This document shows, piece by piece, positions 1 to 8,925 of a stretch of 64,000 nt of DNA. Under the pieces are notes generated by a model, which saw only the letters and a program-made list of their open reading frames with translations, had not been told where the DNA came from and did no database searches. This DNA comes from a virus. Each line of letters opens with the position of its first letter. Position 1 is the stretch's first letter. Made by a program: the position numbers and the translations under genes. The DNA is taken from positions 89,921 through 153,920 of the IMG/VR virus record IMGVR_UViG_3300025117_000031; one strand, written 5' to 3'.

Positions 1-1
1 G

Positions 2-814
2 GAACCAGTACCGGAATTCAATAAAACGGAATGTGAAAAGATCTTCTTCGGTGAAAACAATACATGGCTTGTTTTTGGAAGGGATCGCTACTCGGATAAA
101 CTTTCGGGCTATGGGGGTAAAGGTTTTACTAGAGCAGGAATGATTGATTTGGTTGTCGGAAGGAACAGCGCAAACCAAAAACTATATAAAGACGGCGAGA
201 GGGTTTTTGTAGACCCTAATTTTTCTTTGGACGCCTCTAGAGTTTATCTTTCTCAGCTTGCCGACATAGATGACTATTTTAATTTAGCTATAACTCCTAG
301 TGGTATTCCTCGTTCTGTTTCGCGTGCAGCAATCGGTATTAAATCTGATGCGGTTAGAATTATAGGAAGAGAAGGAGTAAAGATTGTAACGGGAGTAGAT
401 CAAAACAACTCTCTTGGATCTCCTTTATCACAGGTCAGAGGAGTGGAGTTAATAGCGGGTAACGACACCAGAGACGTTCAGCCTATGGTTAAGGGGGACA
501 ATGCGGTAGAGGCTTTAGAAAAGCTAGCTGGGCACGTTGAGAAACTGGCGGGGATTGTCGATTCTTTTATGACTATTCAATCACAATATAATGATGTTGT
601 GTCAAGTCATTTTCACATTTCTCCTTTTTTTGGAATTCCCAACGCTCCGTCTCAGACAGCCATGCAAAAAGGAATACAAACTTCTTTAGAATTATTGTCG
701 GAGGTTAAAGTTTCTTTGACAACAATTCGGACAAATCTTGTTAATTATAAGAACAACTATTTACAACCTTTTGGTAAGGGTTATGTGAATAGCCGCTGGA
801 ATAAAACGAATTAG
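2..814 (+). CDS. 5'-truncated virion protein, possibly baseplate hub/spike (gp5-like region)
   Basis: Frame is open from base 2 (EPVPEF...VFGRDRYS...GYGG...MIDLVVGR), so the gene starts before the window. It lies upstream of baseplate genes; function inferred from position. Confidence 0.4.
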   Translation, partial: EPVPEFNKTECEKIFFGENNTWLVFGRDRYSDKLSGYGGKGFTRAGMIDLVVGRNSANQKLYKDGERVFVDPNFSLDASRVYLSQLADIDDYFNLAITPSGIPRSVSRAAIGIKSDAVRIIGREGVKIVTGVDQNNSLGSPLSQVRGVELIAGNDTRDVQPMVKGDNAVEALEKLAGHVEKLAGIVDSFMTIQSQYNDVVSSHFHISPFFGIPNAPSQTAMQKGIQTSLELLSEVKVSLTTIRTNLVNYKNNYLQPFGKGYVNSRWNKTN

Positions 815-822
815 GAAAGCAA

Positions 823-1155
823 ATGTTAAGTGCATCTTGGGTTTTTAAGAAGAAGAGACTTCCCTACGAAGAGGATGGGTTTTATTTTATTCTTGTTGAA
901 ACAGCGGTTCCCAAAGACAAAAAAGATAAAACTGCTGCTTTACTGAAAGCGGTTGAAGAGGCGGGGAGCCTGACTGGTCAAACCGGGTTAAGAGTTCTTG
1001 ATTATTCTTTAGAAACCAAGCCTAAAACGAGTATGTTAGTGGCGGTTGGGAAAGAAATTGAGAAAAAAGAGGAAAAAGCTGTAGAAATTAAGTCTTCAAA
1101 GAGATATTCCCTTGAAAAATTCCTTAAATTTCAAGAAAAAATGAAGGAAAAATAA
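823..1155 (+). CDS. hypothetical protein
   Basis: 110-aa ORF, tightly packed, AGGA upstream. Confidence 0.6.
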   Translation: MLSASWVFKKKRLPYEEDGFYFILVETAVPKDKKDKTAALLKAVEEAGSLTGQTGLRVLDYSLETKPKTSMLVAVGKEIEKKEEKAVEIKSSKRYSLEKFLKFQEKMKEK

Positions 1156-4100
1156 ATGGTTTCTGTTCCTGGAAGCGAAATTCTCTTTGATTTGTTAGAT
1201 CACGATGAGAAAATTCGTAATTTTTTCTCTGTTTTGGCCAAAACACTTCGAGAAAACGATATTTTTGTTGAAAATTATTCAGGAACGGACTTAGAATTTC
1301 AATTTGACAGTAATAATCATCCTGTTGCGGTTGTTTTTCACTCTTCTGGTGGACAAGTTTCTGTAAAAAAGAATATCGCCGAGCTTTTGGGTTTTGCAAA
1401 ACAGGTGGAAGAAGCAGAAAACTTTATAAACCAGAACACCTTACTGGACGTGCCGCTTAAAAAGATGTTTGGGGTAGGAATTACTGGTGGTCTGGACTTA
1501 GAATCTGCGGTAAATATGCCAAAATTTGGTTGGGGTAAGATGTCTTTAGAAGACATTATGAATAAAACAGAGGGAAAGCCCGGAGATAACAAAGAAAAAA
1601 CATACTCTGAAATTTTGGAGGAAAATAAGGTCGTCTACTCTGAAGGATTCAAAAAAAATCTTCAAGAGAGTTTAGAAAATTCATCAATAAATGTTGGGGG
1701 AATAAATCTTTTAGAGTTTTCTAAGGTAAAAACAGCAAAAGAAGCCTATGGAGTTGTATTTGACAATACCGACGTGGGGAATCTTATAAACGAGGCAATT
1801 TATTGTTTGAATGGCGTCGCTTTTGAGTTGAGTAGGTTGCAAGTTCCTGTGTTTTTCTTTCCTGATACACTTCCTACGGTAGATTTGATGGCAAGCTTTA
1901 GCCTGTCTCTTGAATCAGCTCTTTTGGAGATGATCCAGTCGGCGATTTTGGGTCTTTTGGAATCAATATTAGAGCTTTTGTTGAAATATTGTAAAGAATT
2001 GCGAGAAGGATTGTCAAACTTTAATAATTTAAACATTGACAATGAAAAATATTTTCAAAGAATATTCGATTTATTAAAAGATGAGAATTTTCTCAACTCT
2101 CTTGGGTTGACTGGTAATTTAGAAGAGGATTTGAAGAGGTTAGTTAAGTTTATTCTTGATGTTTTGTATGTTTTGACACCTCAAGAGATTTTAGATCTTT
2201 TCTTGGGCCATCCCTCAGAGGGAACGTTGTATGATATTTTAGCAGTTGCCGGAAGTGGAGAGTATGGTTTATCTGAATCTTTTCTGAGCAGTTCCTTTAG
2301 AATGCGCGCCTTGTTCTTTGCGGTTGGCAACGTTGTGGACAAGGAAAGAATTCAAAATCTTGCTAATGCATGCCGCGCTGTAAAAACATCGACGGGACCG
2401 GATGGTGAATCTGTTTGTACACAACAAGAATCTGCTTTACGGGATACGCTAGAAAGAGAAGGAGCAGACTCTGAAGAAATTCAAAGACAAATTGCGTCCG
2501 AGAGAGACAGAAAGAAAAGATTACTTGAGGAGCTAGCTAGAAAGGCAGACAAGTTAAAAAATCTTAAAATTCCCGAAGCATGTTCGCCCTCCAAAAAAGG
2601 AAAGCTGCCTAATGGATTTGATCGCATGGCAAAAAGCACAATTGGGGCGGTTTTTGACCCTGTTTACATTGCCTTTGATAAAGACGTTTCTGATTGGTAT
2701 AAAGCCTTTGTTAAAGAGAAGACGATAGAAAGAAAAATAACAAGTACACTTAAGCCTGAAGAATTCTTTGGAAACGCCCCCTTGGGTAGAATAGATGGAA
2801 GAATTCAGTATCTTCTTACTCAAGGAGTGAAGCCTTCCGGTGATCAATATACTTTTCATGAAAAGAAGATTTTTATTGCTCATGAGATAAAAGATGCTTT
2901 GGAAAATTTAAGCTCTCGTATAAAAATAGAGCTAAACGTAAACAGGAACGTTTTGATGACGGTTGAAGTTCCCAAAGACGAAGAATATTCTAAGATGTTT
3001 GAGATGTTTTCGTCTCAAAGAACCCCTGGAATTCTTTCTCTGACGGGGCAAAATATTAGTGATGTTACATTGCAGAAACAGTATGATGGAACTCTCCCGT
3101 ATAAGCTTAATGTTTTGAAACAAACAACAACAAAGGAAAGAAAGTTTAACCTACGGGATGTTCCACGGGGAACAGAAGACAGAAGAAGTCGGGAAGACAA
3201 CAACGCTCCTTCTCGTGAGGATTTGCTAGAAGAACAATTTGAGACGATAAACAAAGTGGAAAAACAGGAGATTTCTTATGTTGAAGGACAAATTGCATTG
3301 AGAGATTCAACTAGGGAATATTTAAGTTCTTTTGAAAGTGTAATTACCTTTAGCACAAGACCTCAGATCGAAATTTTCAAGAAGATTCTTGGTTCTTTTA
3401 ATACATTTAGAACATCGCGTAGCTCGGATGCTTTGATAACAGATTATGTACAGATGTCTAACAAATTTGTTTCTGCTCTTGCTTCTAGGGTAAGTGACAC
3501 AGACAAAAACAAGCTGTTTAAAACAATTTCAGTAAGAACATCTGGGGATACTTCTTTAGAGATACCCGTTCTAAAATCAGTAAAGTTTACATTTCCCCCA
3601 GAAGGTTGTTCTGGTGAAAGAAAGCATCTTCTAGATATTGAAGAATTGAAAGCAAAAGCGTTGGAAGATTTTTCCAACAATCTGTGTTTAAAAGAGTTTT
3701 CTAATTCGTCAGGGCAAGGCAGACCGCAGAATTCTTTAGAAAAGTCCATAAGTGATTCTGTTGTACAGACAACCATAAGACTTTATGTTTTAGATTATTA
3801 TCTTAGGGGATGTTTTGTTTTAAATGAGTTTTCTTTGGATCCTCCCAACGAGATGTTACTGGACTTTTTTGCAGAGAAGATAAAAACCGAATTGTTTACA
3901 TATGGTGAAAAATATGCCAACGATCTGTTGGACAGTGCAAAAGAATTATTTTATAGGAACGGGCTTTCAACAGATTATTCTGGTGACGCAAAAGAACTTA
4001 AGAAGTTAATTGAGCAGCAAGTTGTCTCTCTTTCAAAGATATTAAGAAATGAAGTGTTTGGTAGTAAGAGATCAAAAGACATCTACGATTTTACTCTACA

Positions 4101-5364
4101 AGAGTGTATACCAGCAGTAAATGTTTTTTCTTCTTTGGAACAAAGATGGGAAGATGAAAGGACAATAACCGGACAAGTTCCAATTATTTCTTTAGAAACG
4201 GAAGTAGCTACGTCAGAAGACGCTAGAAACAATATCGTTGTATTTAATGGGTTTGTTTTCGAGAAATATATTCGTTTGGCAAAGAAATCTTTAACCGAGA
4301 GAGAAAGAAATAATCTTCCTTCTGGGGAGAATCCATCAAGTCTTCCTGCTGGAATTTTTAGTCCTCAAGAGGTAAGAGGTTTGTTTAACGGCATTTTACT
4401 TTCTAGAAAGATGAAAGATTACTATGAAAAAATCTCTTATGGACTGAGACTTTGCTATGCCGGCGAAGTTTCTGGAGAAGAGTACCAGAATCTTTATCAA
4501 ACTGCTGGAATCGTGCAAGAAAAGCTTTTTGGCCTTGGCTCAGGCGAGCCTTCTTTTTTGAATCCTTTGGCAAACACTGAAATCATTGATGAAGAGCTGT
4601 TGAGCATGGATTTTAATGTTGCGAAGACGACTGATTTTGCTTCTAGATACGGGGATAGAACACTAGAATTATATCAGAAAATAAAAGAAGTTGGTGAGTG
4701 TTCTTCTTTATTTGATTACGTTTTCCCTATGGGACGTTATCTGTCTTTGCTGGCAATTCAAAGCGTTTTCGCATCAGAGATAACAAATAATAATGCTGTA
4801 TCTTATGTGTTTTCAACGACAAAAGACAGACTTAGGTTTTTGTTTGAAACGGTTAATAACGGCGGTATGTTTGCTAATGATTCTTATGAAGAAGACCGGG
4901 CTTTGAAGGCTTTGGGTGGTAAAGAGGCACTAGGAGAAGTTTTAAGAAAGCCGCTGGAACAGATTAGTGGTGCAGACATACAAAAAATGTTTAATTCTAA
5001 GGGGTTTGATTATGGAATTGTCTTAAAATTTATGTTGGAAGCTCCTGTACAGATTTTTAGAGGGTTTGTAGAATTTGCAGATCCTAACATCAATATAGCC
5101 AGCAAGATGGCAATGTTTACAAGAATTTTTGCTGGGCAAGACATTCCAGTATCTGTTTTTTCTTTGATGCTGCAGCCGTCAACTTTGATGCCGGGAAGTT
5201 GGATGGGACCTCCTCTAACTTTTTTGGGGATCGCATATCTTTTGTTAAGTATGGGGTTTTCTATCAACATTCCAGAGTTTGAAGCTTTGGTGAAGAGAGA
5301 ATTAGGGAATTCGGCTAATACGGCAAGCGGGGTTGTTGATAATCCGCTCAAGTGCGAGGAATAA
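1156..5364 (+). CDS. large hypothetical protein, probably virion structural (tail/baseplate region)
   Basis: 1402-aa ORF among baseplate genes; hydrophobic C-terminal segment. Confidence 0.6.
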   Translation: MVSVPGSEILFDLLDHDEKIRNFFSVLAKTLRENDIFVENYSGTDLEFQFDSNNHPVAVVFHSSGGQVSVKKNIAELLGFAKQVEEAENFINQNTLLDVPLKKMFGVGITGGLDLESAVNMPKFGWGKMSLEDIMNKTEGKPGDNKEKTYSEILEENKVVYSEGFKKNLQESLENSSINVGGINLLEFSKVKTAKEAYGVVFDNTDVGNLINEAIYCLNGVAFELSRLQVPVFFFPDTLPTVDLMASFSLSLESALLEMIQSAILGLLESILELLLKYCKELREGLSNFNNLNIDNEKYFQRIFDLLKDENFLNSLGLTGNLEEDLKRLVKFILDVLYVLTPQEILDLFLGHPSEGTLYDILAVAGSGEYGLSESFLSSSFRMRALFFAVGNVVDKERIQNLANACRAVKTSTGPDGESVCTQQESALRDTLEREGADSEEIQRQIASERDRKKRLLEELARKADKLKNLKIPEACSPSKKGKLPNGFDRMAKSTIGAVFDPVYIAFDKDVSDWYKAFVKEKTIERKITSTLKPEEFFGNAPLGRIDGRIQYLLTQGVKPSGDQYTFHEKKIFIAHEIKDALENLSSRIKIELNVNRNVLMTVEVPKDEEYSKMFEMFSSQRTPGILSLTGQNISDVTLQKQYDGTLPYKLNVLKQTTTKERKFNLRDVPRGTEDRRSREDNNAPSREDLLEEQFETINKVEKQEISYVEGQIALRDSTREYLSSFESVITFSTRPQIEIFKKILGSFNTFRTSRSSDALITDYVQMSNKFVSALASRVSDTDKNKLFKTISVRTSGDTSLEIPVLKSVKFTFPPEGCSGERKHLLDIEELKAKALEDFSNNLCLKEFSNSSGQGRPQNSLEKSISDSVVQTTIRLYVLDYYLRGCFVLNEFSLDPPNEMLLDFFAEKIKTELFTYGEKYANDLLDSAKELFYRNGLSTDYSGDAKELKKLIEQQVVSLSKILRNEVFGSKRSKDIYDFTLQECIPAVNVFSSLEQRWEDERTITGQVPIISLETEVATSEDARNNIVVFNGFVFEKYIRLAKKSLTERERNNLPSGENPSSLPAGIFSPQEVRGLFNGILLSRKMKDYYEKISYGLRLCYAGEVSGEEYQNLYQTAGIVQEKLFGLGSGEPSFLNPLANTEIIDEELLSMDFNVAKTTDFASRYGDRTLELYQKIKEVGECSSLFDYVFPMGRYLSLLAIQSVFASEITNNNAVSYVFSTTKDRLRFLFETVNNGGMFANDSYEEDRALKALGGKEALGEVLRKPLEQISGADIQKMFNSKGFDYGIVLKFMLEAPVQIFRGFVEFADPNINIASKMAMFTRIFAGQDIPVSVFSLMLQPSTLMPGSWMGPPLTFLGIAYLLLSMGFSINIPEFEALVKRELGNSANTASGVVDNPLKCEE

Positions 5365-5366
5365 AA

Positions 5367-5741
5367 ATGCCACTTTCGGTAAGATTACCATTTCGCAGAG
5401 ATAGGAATTTTGGGTTTGCTATGAATGAAACTCATAGGGAGGTGGTAAAGCAGAACTTTAAGCATCTTTTGTTAACAGCGCCCGGCGAAAGAGTGATGAT
5501 ACCAGATTTTGGGGTTGGCTTGCGAAATTATTTGTTCGAAAATGCTACTTTGATTAGAGCGGAACTGGCGTCAAGAATTCAAGAACAAACAAATAAATAT
5601 ATGCCTTTTATTACTCTGCAAGACATTTCGATTAAAGAGAAAAACAATGAAATGACACTTAAAATTACGTATTTTATTGAGCCGATGGCGATAACAGACA
5701 ATTTGGAAATTAAGAAAAGAGGAGAGGATATCGTAATTTAA
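5367..5741 (+). CDS. baseplate wedge subunit, T4 gp25/GPW-like
   Basis: Motif QNFKHLLLTAPGERVMIPDFGVGLRNYLFE is typical of the gp25 family; ATG at 5367 preceded by GAGGA. Confidence 0.9.
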   Translation: MPLSVRLPFRRDRNFGFAMNETHREVVKQNFKHLLLTAPGERVMIPDFGVGLRNYLFENATLIRAELASRIQEQTNKYMPFITLQDISIKEKNNEMTLKITYFIEPMAITDNLEIKKRGEDIVI

Positions 5742-5930
5742 TCTAATTATCCCCTTCGAGACTTAAACCATGAACTCCTTAGTTAGCACAGTTGCTCGAT
5801 TCCTGCCCATGAGGAAGTTTCGTTCTGGCCGTAAGGCCAGAGCCAGAGCTTTCTTGGCAGCAGGCTATCCCCGCCAGGGCGGCGGTTCTAAGATTAATGG
5901 CTGCGTTGATGTCTCGGTCGTGGACAACCC
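5731..5930 (-). ncRNA. putative omegaRNA (reRNA) of TnpB copy 1; guide about ATAATTAGATTAAATTACGA
   Basis: TnpB omegaRNAs overlap the tnpB 3' end and right end. The two copies diverge just after GAAGGGG(ATA). The 5' boundary is a guess. Confidence 0.55.
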
Positions 5931-7035
5931 CACAAGCCTCGCAAACCCATTCTCGGACAGACAAAGGCAACGGTCCTTCTCGTCTTGTTCCGCAGTCGGA
6001 ACACAGCTTGGAAGAAGGGAACCAGCGGTCAGCAACGATGATTTCGCTGCCGGCAAGCGGAGCCTTATACGTGAGCTGACGCCTGATTTCCGACAAGGCA
6101 GCATCTGCAACCGACTTTGCAAGATGGTGATTTGCCATCATTCCTTTGACGTTCAAGTCCTCGATTCCAATCCGACGAAAGTCTCGGACCAGCCCAGCGG
6201 TAAGCTTATGTGTTACGTCTTTGCGGATGTTGGAAATCCGTTCATGCAACCGACCAAGCTTCGTTTTGGTCTTCTGCCAATTCTTCCCTCCTTTGACGCG
6301 ACGAGACATTTCCTTGTTGAGTCGTCGCAGTCTGGTTTCATGAGCACGCAGAATGCGCGGAGCCTCGACCCGCTCTCCCGTGGAGAGCACGGCAAGGTCT
6401 CGAAGTCCGAGGTCCACTCCAACCGCTTCTTGGGTTTCGCAGCGGTGAGGATAGGACCAGGAGTCGGAGACTTGAACTTGGATCGAGACGTACCAATGAC
6501 CGGCTTGTTTCGTAAAGTGAGCGGACAGGATTTTACCAGGGAATCTTATCTCTTGTCGGGTGCGGACCCAACCAAGCTTGGGGATTTTGACTCTTCGGCC
6601 GTCAAATCGGAGGGCTCGACCTTCAATAGCAAAGGTTGCTTTGTTCCATTTCTTCGACTTGAAACGGGGATAGCCGGGCTTTTGGCCAGATTTAACACGA
6701 CGAAAGAAGTTGGAGAAAGCAGAACCGAGGTTGGACAGCGCCGTATTGGCGACAGCCCACGGAAGATTTGCCATCCAAGGGAATTCCGTGGTTTTGCAGG
6801 CATTCAACTCGGTGTTAAGACTAATCCAAGACGGCTTTCCTCCGGCTTCGTATTGAGTTTTCCAACGGTCCAATCCCCAGTTGTAGACGAAACGAGAAAT
6901 TCCAGCGCAACGTTCGAAAAATGTTGCCTGGACGTTATTAAGATCCAGCCGAATGTGTTGGCCGAGGATAGTTATGGGGAGGTTATTATCAGGAGTTGTA
7001 GAGTGACGTTTCGACACATTATAAATATAGTACAA
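5779..7035 (-). CDS. tnpB: RNA-guided endonuclease TnpB (IS607-like); true start may be GTG at 7017
   Basis: N-terminal IRLDLNNVQ..F.RCAG.SRFVYNW; RuvC-I GVDLG; RuvC-II IEDL; Zn finger CSDC...CEAC; RuvC-III DRDINAA. Confidence 0.95.
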   Translation of the reverse strand: MYYIYNVSKRHSTTPDNNLPITILGQHIRLDLNNVQATFFERCAGISRFVYNWGLDRWKTQYEAGGKPSWISLNTELNACKTTEFPWMANLPWAVANTALSNLGSAFSNFFRRVKSGQKPGYPRFKSKKWNKATFAIEGRALRFDGRRVKIPKLGWVRTRQEIRFPGKILSAHFTKQAGHWYVSIQVQVSDSWSYPHRCETQEAVGVDLGLRDLAVLSTGERVEAPRILRAHETRLRRLNKEMSRRVKGGKNWQKTKTKLGRLHERISNIRKDVTHKLTAGLVRDFRRIGIEDLNVKGMMANHHLAKSVADAALSEIRRQLTYKAPLAGSEIIVADRWFPSSKLCSDCGTRREGPLPLSVREWVCEACGVVHDRDINAAINLRTAALAGIACCQESSGSGLTARTKLPHGQESSNCAN

Positions 7036-7088
7036 AAAGTGGAATGTGTTGATTTTTTTGTAAATTCATTCTTTTTAATAGGAGGAGA

Positions 7089-7129
7089 AGACTTAACCCA
7101 CGTTAACTAGAAGTTCGTGGGTTAAGTCT
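7089..7129. repeat. perfect 14-bp inverted repeat (hairpin) AGACTTAACCCACG / CGTGGGTTAAGTCT
   Basis: Arms 7089-7102 and 7116-7129 read directly; 13-nt loop can also pair (AACT/AGTT). Confidence 0.9.
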
Positions 7130-7137
7130 CAAGTTTA

Positions 7138-8925
7138 ATGACAAAGAAGGTTCCAATTAAATATACAGCAAGAGATTTTGAAAGCATTCGAGACTCTTTG
7201 TTGGACTATACCAAGAGATATTATCCAAACACTTACAAAGACTTTAGCGAGGCTTCGTTTGGTTCTTTGGTGATGGATGAGGTATCTATAATAGGCGATA
7301 GCTTATCGTGGTTTATTGACTATGCGGTAAACGAATCTTTTTTTGAAACTTCTTTAGAATATAATAACATAATTCGTCACGGCCGGTCTAGAGGTTGGAG
7401 CTTTACGGGGAATCCTTCTTCTTATGGTATTGCGACTTTTTATATTCTTGTTCCTGCAGCCTCAAATTCGCAGGGGCCAGACTCAAGATATTATCCCGTT
7501 CTTAAAGTTGGCAGTCAGTTTTCTTCTGCAGACGGTAAATCTTTTGTTCTTAGTGAAGATGTGGTGTTTTCTGCTACAGGAAACGATATCTTAGTAGCTC
7601 AAATAGGTGACAATGGTTATCCAACGTATTATGCGGTTAGAGCAAAAGGACAAGTTGTTTCCGGAGAGTTTGTTTATGAGGAAATTGTTGTAGGCGACTA
7701 TGAAAAATTCCCAAAATTAGAGCTTACAAGTGACGATATAGCGGAAGTTGTATCTGTTGTGGACTCTAGCGGCAAGGAATACTACGAAGTAGATTCTTTA
7801 TCACAAAACATAATTTATAAAGCTATTCCAAACTATACATCTTCGAGAGAGTATGCGGCTTATCTTATGAAGCCGTATGCTGTTCCTAGAAGATTTGTGG
7901 TCGAGAGAGAAAGGAGAAAAACATATCTTCAGTTTGGGCAGGGAAACGATTCTGATGACGCTACAATGGATTTAGTTGAACCTGCAAATGTTTTCTTAAA
8001 CATATATGGGAAAGACTATATTTCTACTGATTCTTTTGACCCCAGCCGATTAGTAAAGTCTGATTCTCTAGGAATTGCTCCTTCAAATACTACTTTACGC
8101 ATAAAAGTAAGGAAAAACACAACAGATAACGTCAACATTGGGGTTGGAACTTTGGTGAGAGTGGGAGAGGCGGTTTATGAGTTTGATAATGTCAACCAGT
8201 TGTCAACCTCCATTCTGTCTACAATTAAATCTTCTTTAGAAGTTACCAACGATGAGCCGATTACAGGCGACATAACTCTTCCGAGTACAGAGGAATTAAA
8301 AAAGAGGATTATGGGAGCCTTTTCTTCTCAGAAAAGAGCGGTTTCTTCAGAAGACTATAGGTTCGTTTGTTATGGAATGCCGGCTAAGTTTGGTTCAGTA
8401 AAAAGAGTTAATGTTGTAAAAGACAACAATTCTTTTAAGAGAAATCTAAATCTTTATGTGGTGTCTGAAGACCAAGATGGATATTTAACTGAGACAAATA
8501 CCACAATAAAAAACAACCTAAAAACTTGGATTACTCAGTATAAGATGATTAACGACACTGTTGACATATTGGATGCAAGAATTGTTAATTTTGGTATCAA
8601 TTTTGAGGTAATATCGTATCCAAGTAAAGAAAAATATGAAGTTTTAGAGTCTTGCATTTCTGCTTTAAAAGATGCGATGAAAATAAAGTTTGATATTGGT
8701 CAATCTTTGTCAAAATCAGAGATTTTTAAGACACTAAATGCAGTTGACGGAGTTGTGGATACTACAAAAGTAGAAATCGTAGAGAAACGAGGCGGAGTTT
8801 ATTCAGACTTTGGGTTTGATTTTGATAAATTTGCTAGTGCAGATGATCTTTTTATAGAGTGTCCTAAGAATTGTGTGTTCGAACTTAGAGACTTCGAAGC
8901 GGACGTAAAGGGAGTTGTTAGATAA
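7138..8925 (+). CDS. baseplate wedge subunit, T4 gp6 / baseplate J-like
   Basis: IKYTARDFESIRDSLLDY..YYP.TYKDFSEASFG N-terminus; YLQFG; QKRAVSSEDY. Confidence 0.9.
   Translation: MTKKVPIKYTARDFESIRDSLLDYTKRYYPNTYKDFSEASFGSLVMDEVSIIGDSLSWFIDYAVNESFFETSLEYNNIIRHGRSRGWSFTGNPSSYGIATFYILVPAASNSQGPDSRYYPVLKVGSQFSSADGKSFVLSEDVVFSATGNDILVAQIGDNGYPTYYAVRAKGQVVSGEFVYEEIVVGDYEKFPKLELTSDDIAEVVSVVDSSGKEYYEVDSLSQNIIYKAIPNYTSSREYAAYLMKPYAVPRRFVVERERRKTYLQFGQGNDSDDATMDLVEPANVFLNIYGKDYISTDSFDPSRLVKSDSLGIAPSNTTLRIKVRKNTTDNVNIGVGTLVRVGEAVYEFDNVNQLSTSILSTIKSSLEVTNDEPITGDITLPSTEELKKRIMGAFSSQKRAVSSEDYRFVCYGMPAKFGSVKRVNVVKDNNSFKRNLNLYVVSEDQDGYLTETNTTIKNNLKTWITQYKMINDTVDILDARIVNFGINFEVISYPSKEKYEVLESCISALKDAMKIKFDIGQSLSKSEIFKTLNAVDGVVDTTKVEIVEKRGGVYSDFGFDFDKFASADDLFIECPKNCVFELRDFEADVKGVVR

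Larger units (their letters stand above)
5751..7130 (-). mobile_element. transposase-less IS607-like TnpB cassette, copy 1
   Basis: Higher GC than flanks. Shares right end (...GGTTTAAGTCTCGAAGGGG) and leader (GAATTTACAAAAAAATCAACA) with the copy at 56711-58077. Inverted repeats at 5759-5788 and 7102-7130. No tnpA in the window. Confidence 0.85.

Noticed and set aside
823-5364. Stop-codon readthrough or recoding at the in-frame TAA-ATG junction (1153-1158)
   Set aside because: The same junction type joins clearly separate genes (35621/35622, 38862/38863), and long ORFs read well in the standard code.
7020-7027. Exact T4 late promoter TATAAATA inside the element leader
   Set aside because: I did not notice this motif upstream of the structural genes here; it more likely reflects the AT-rich tnpB promoter on the other strand.
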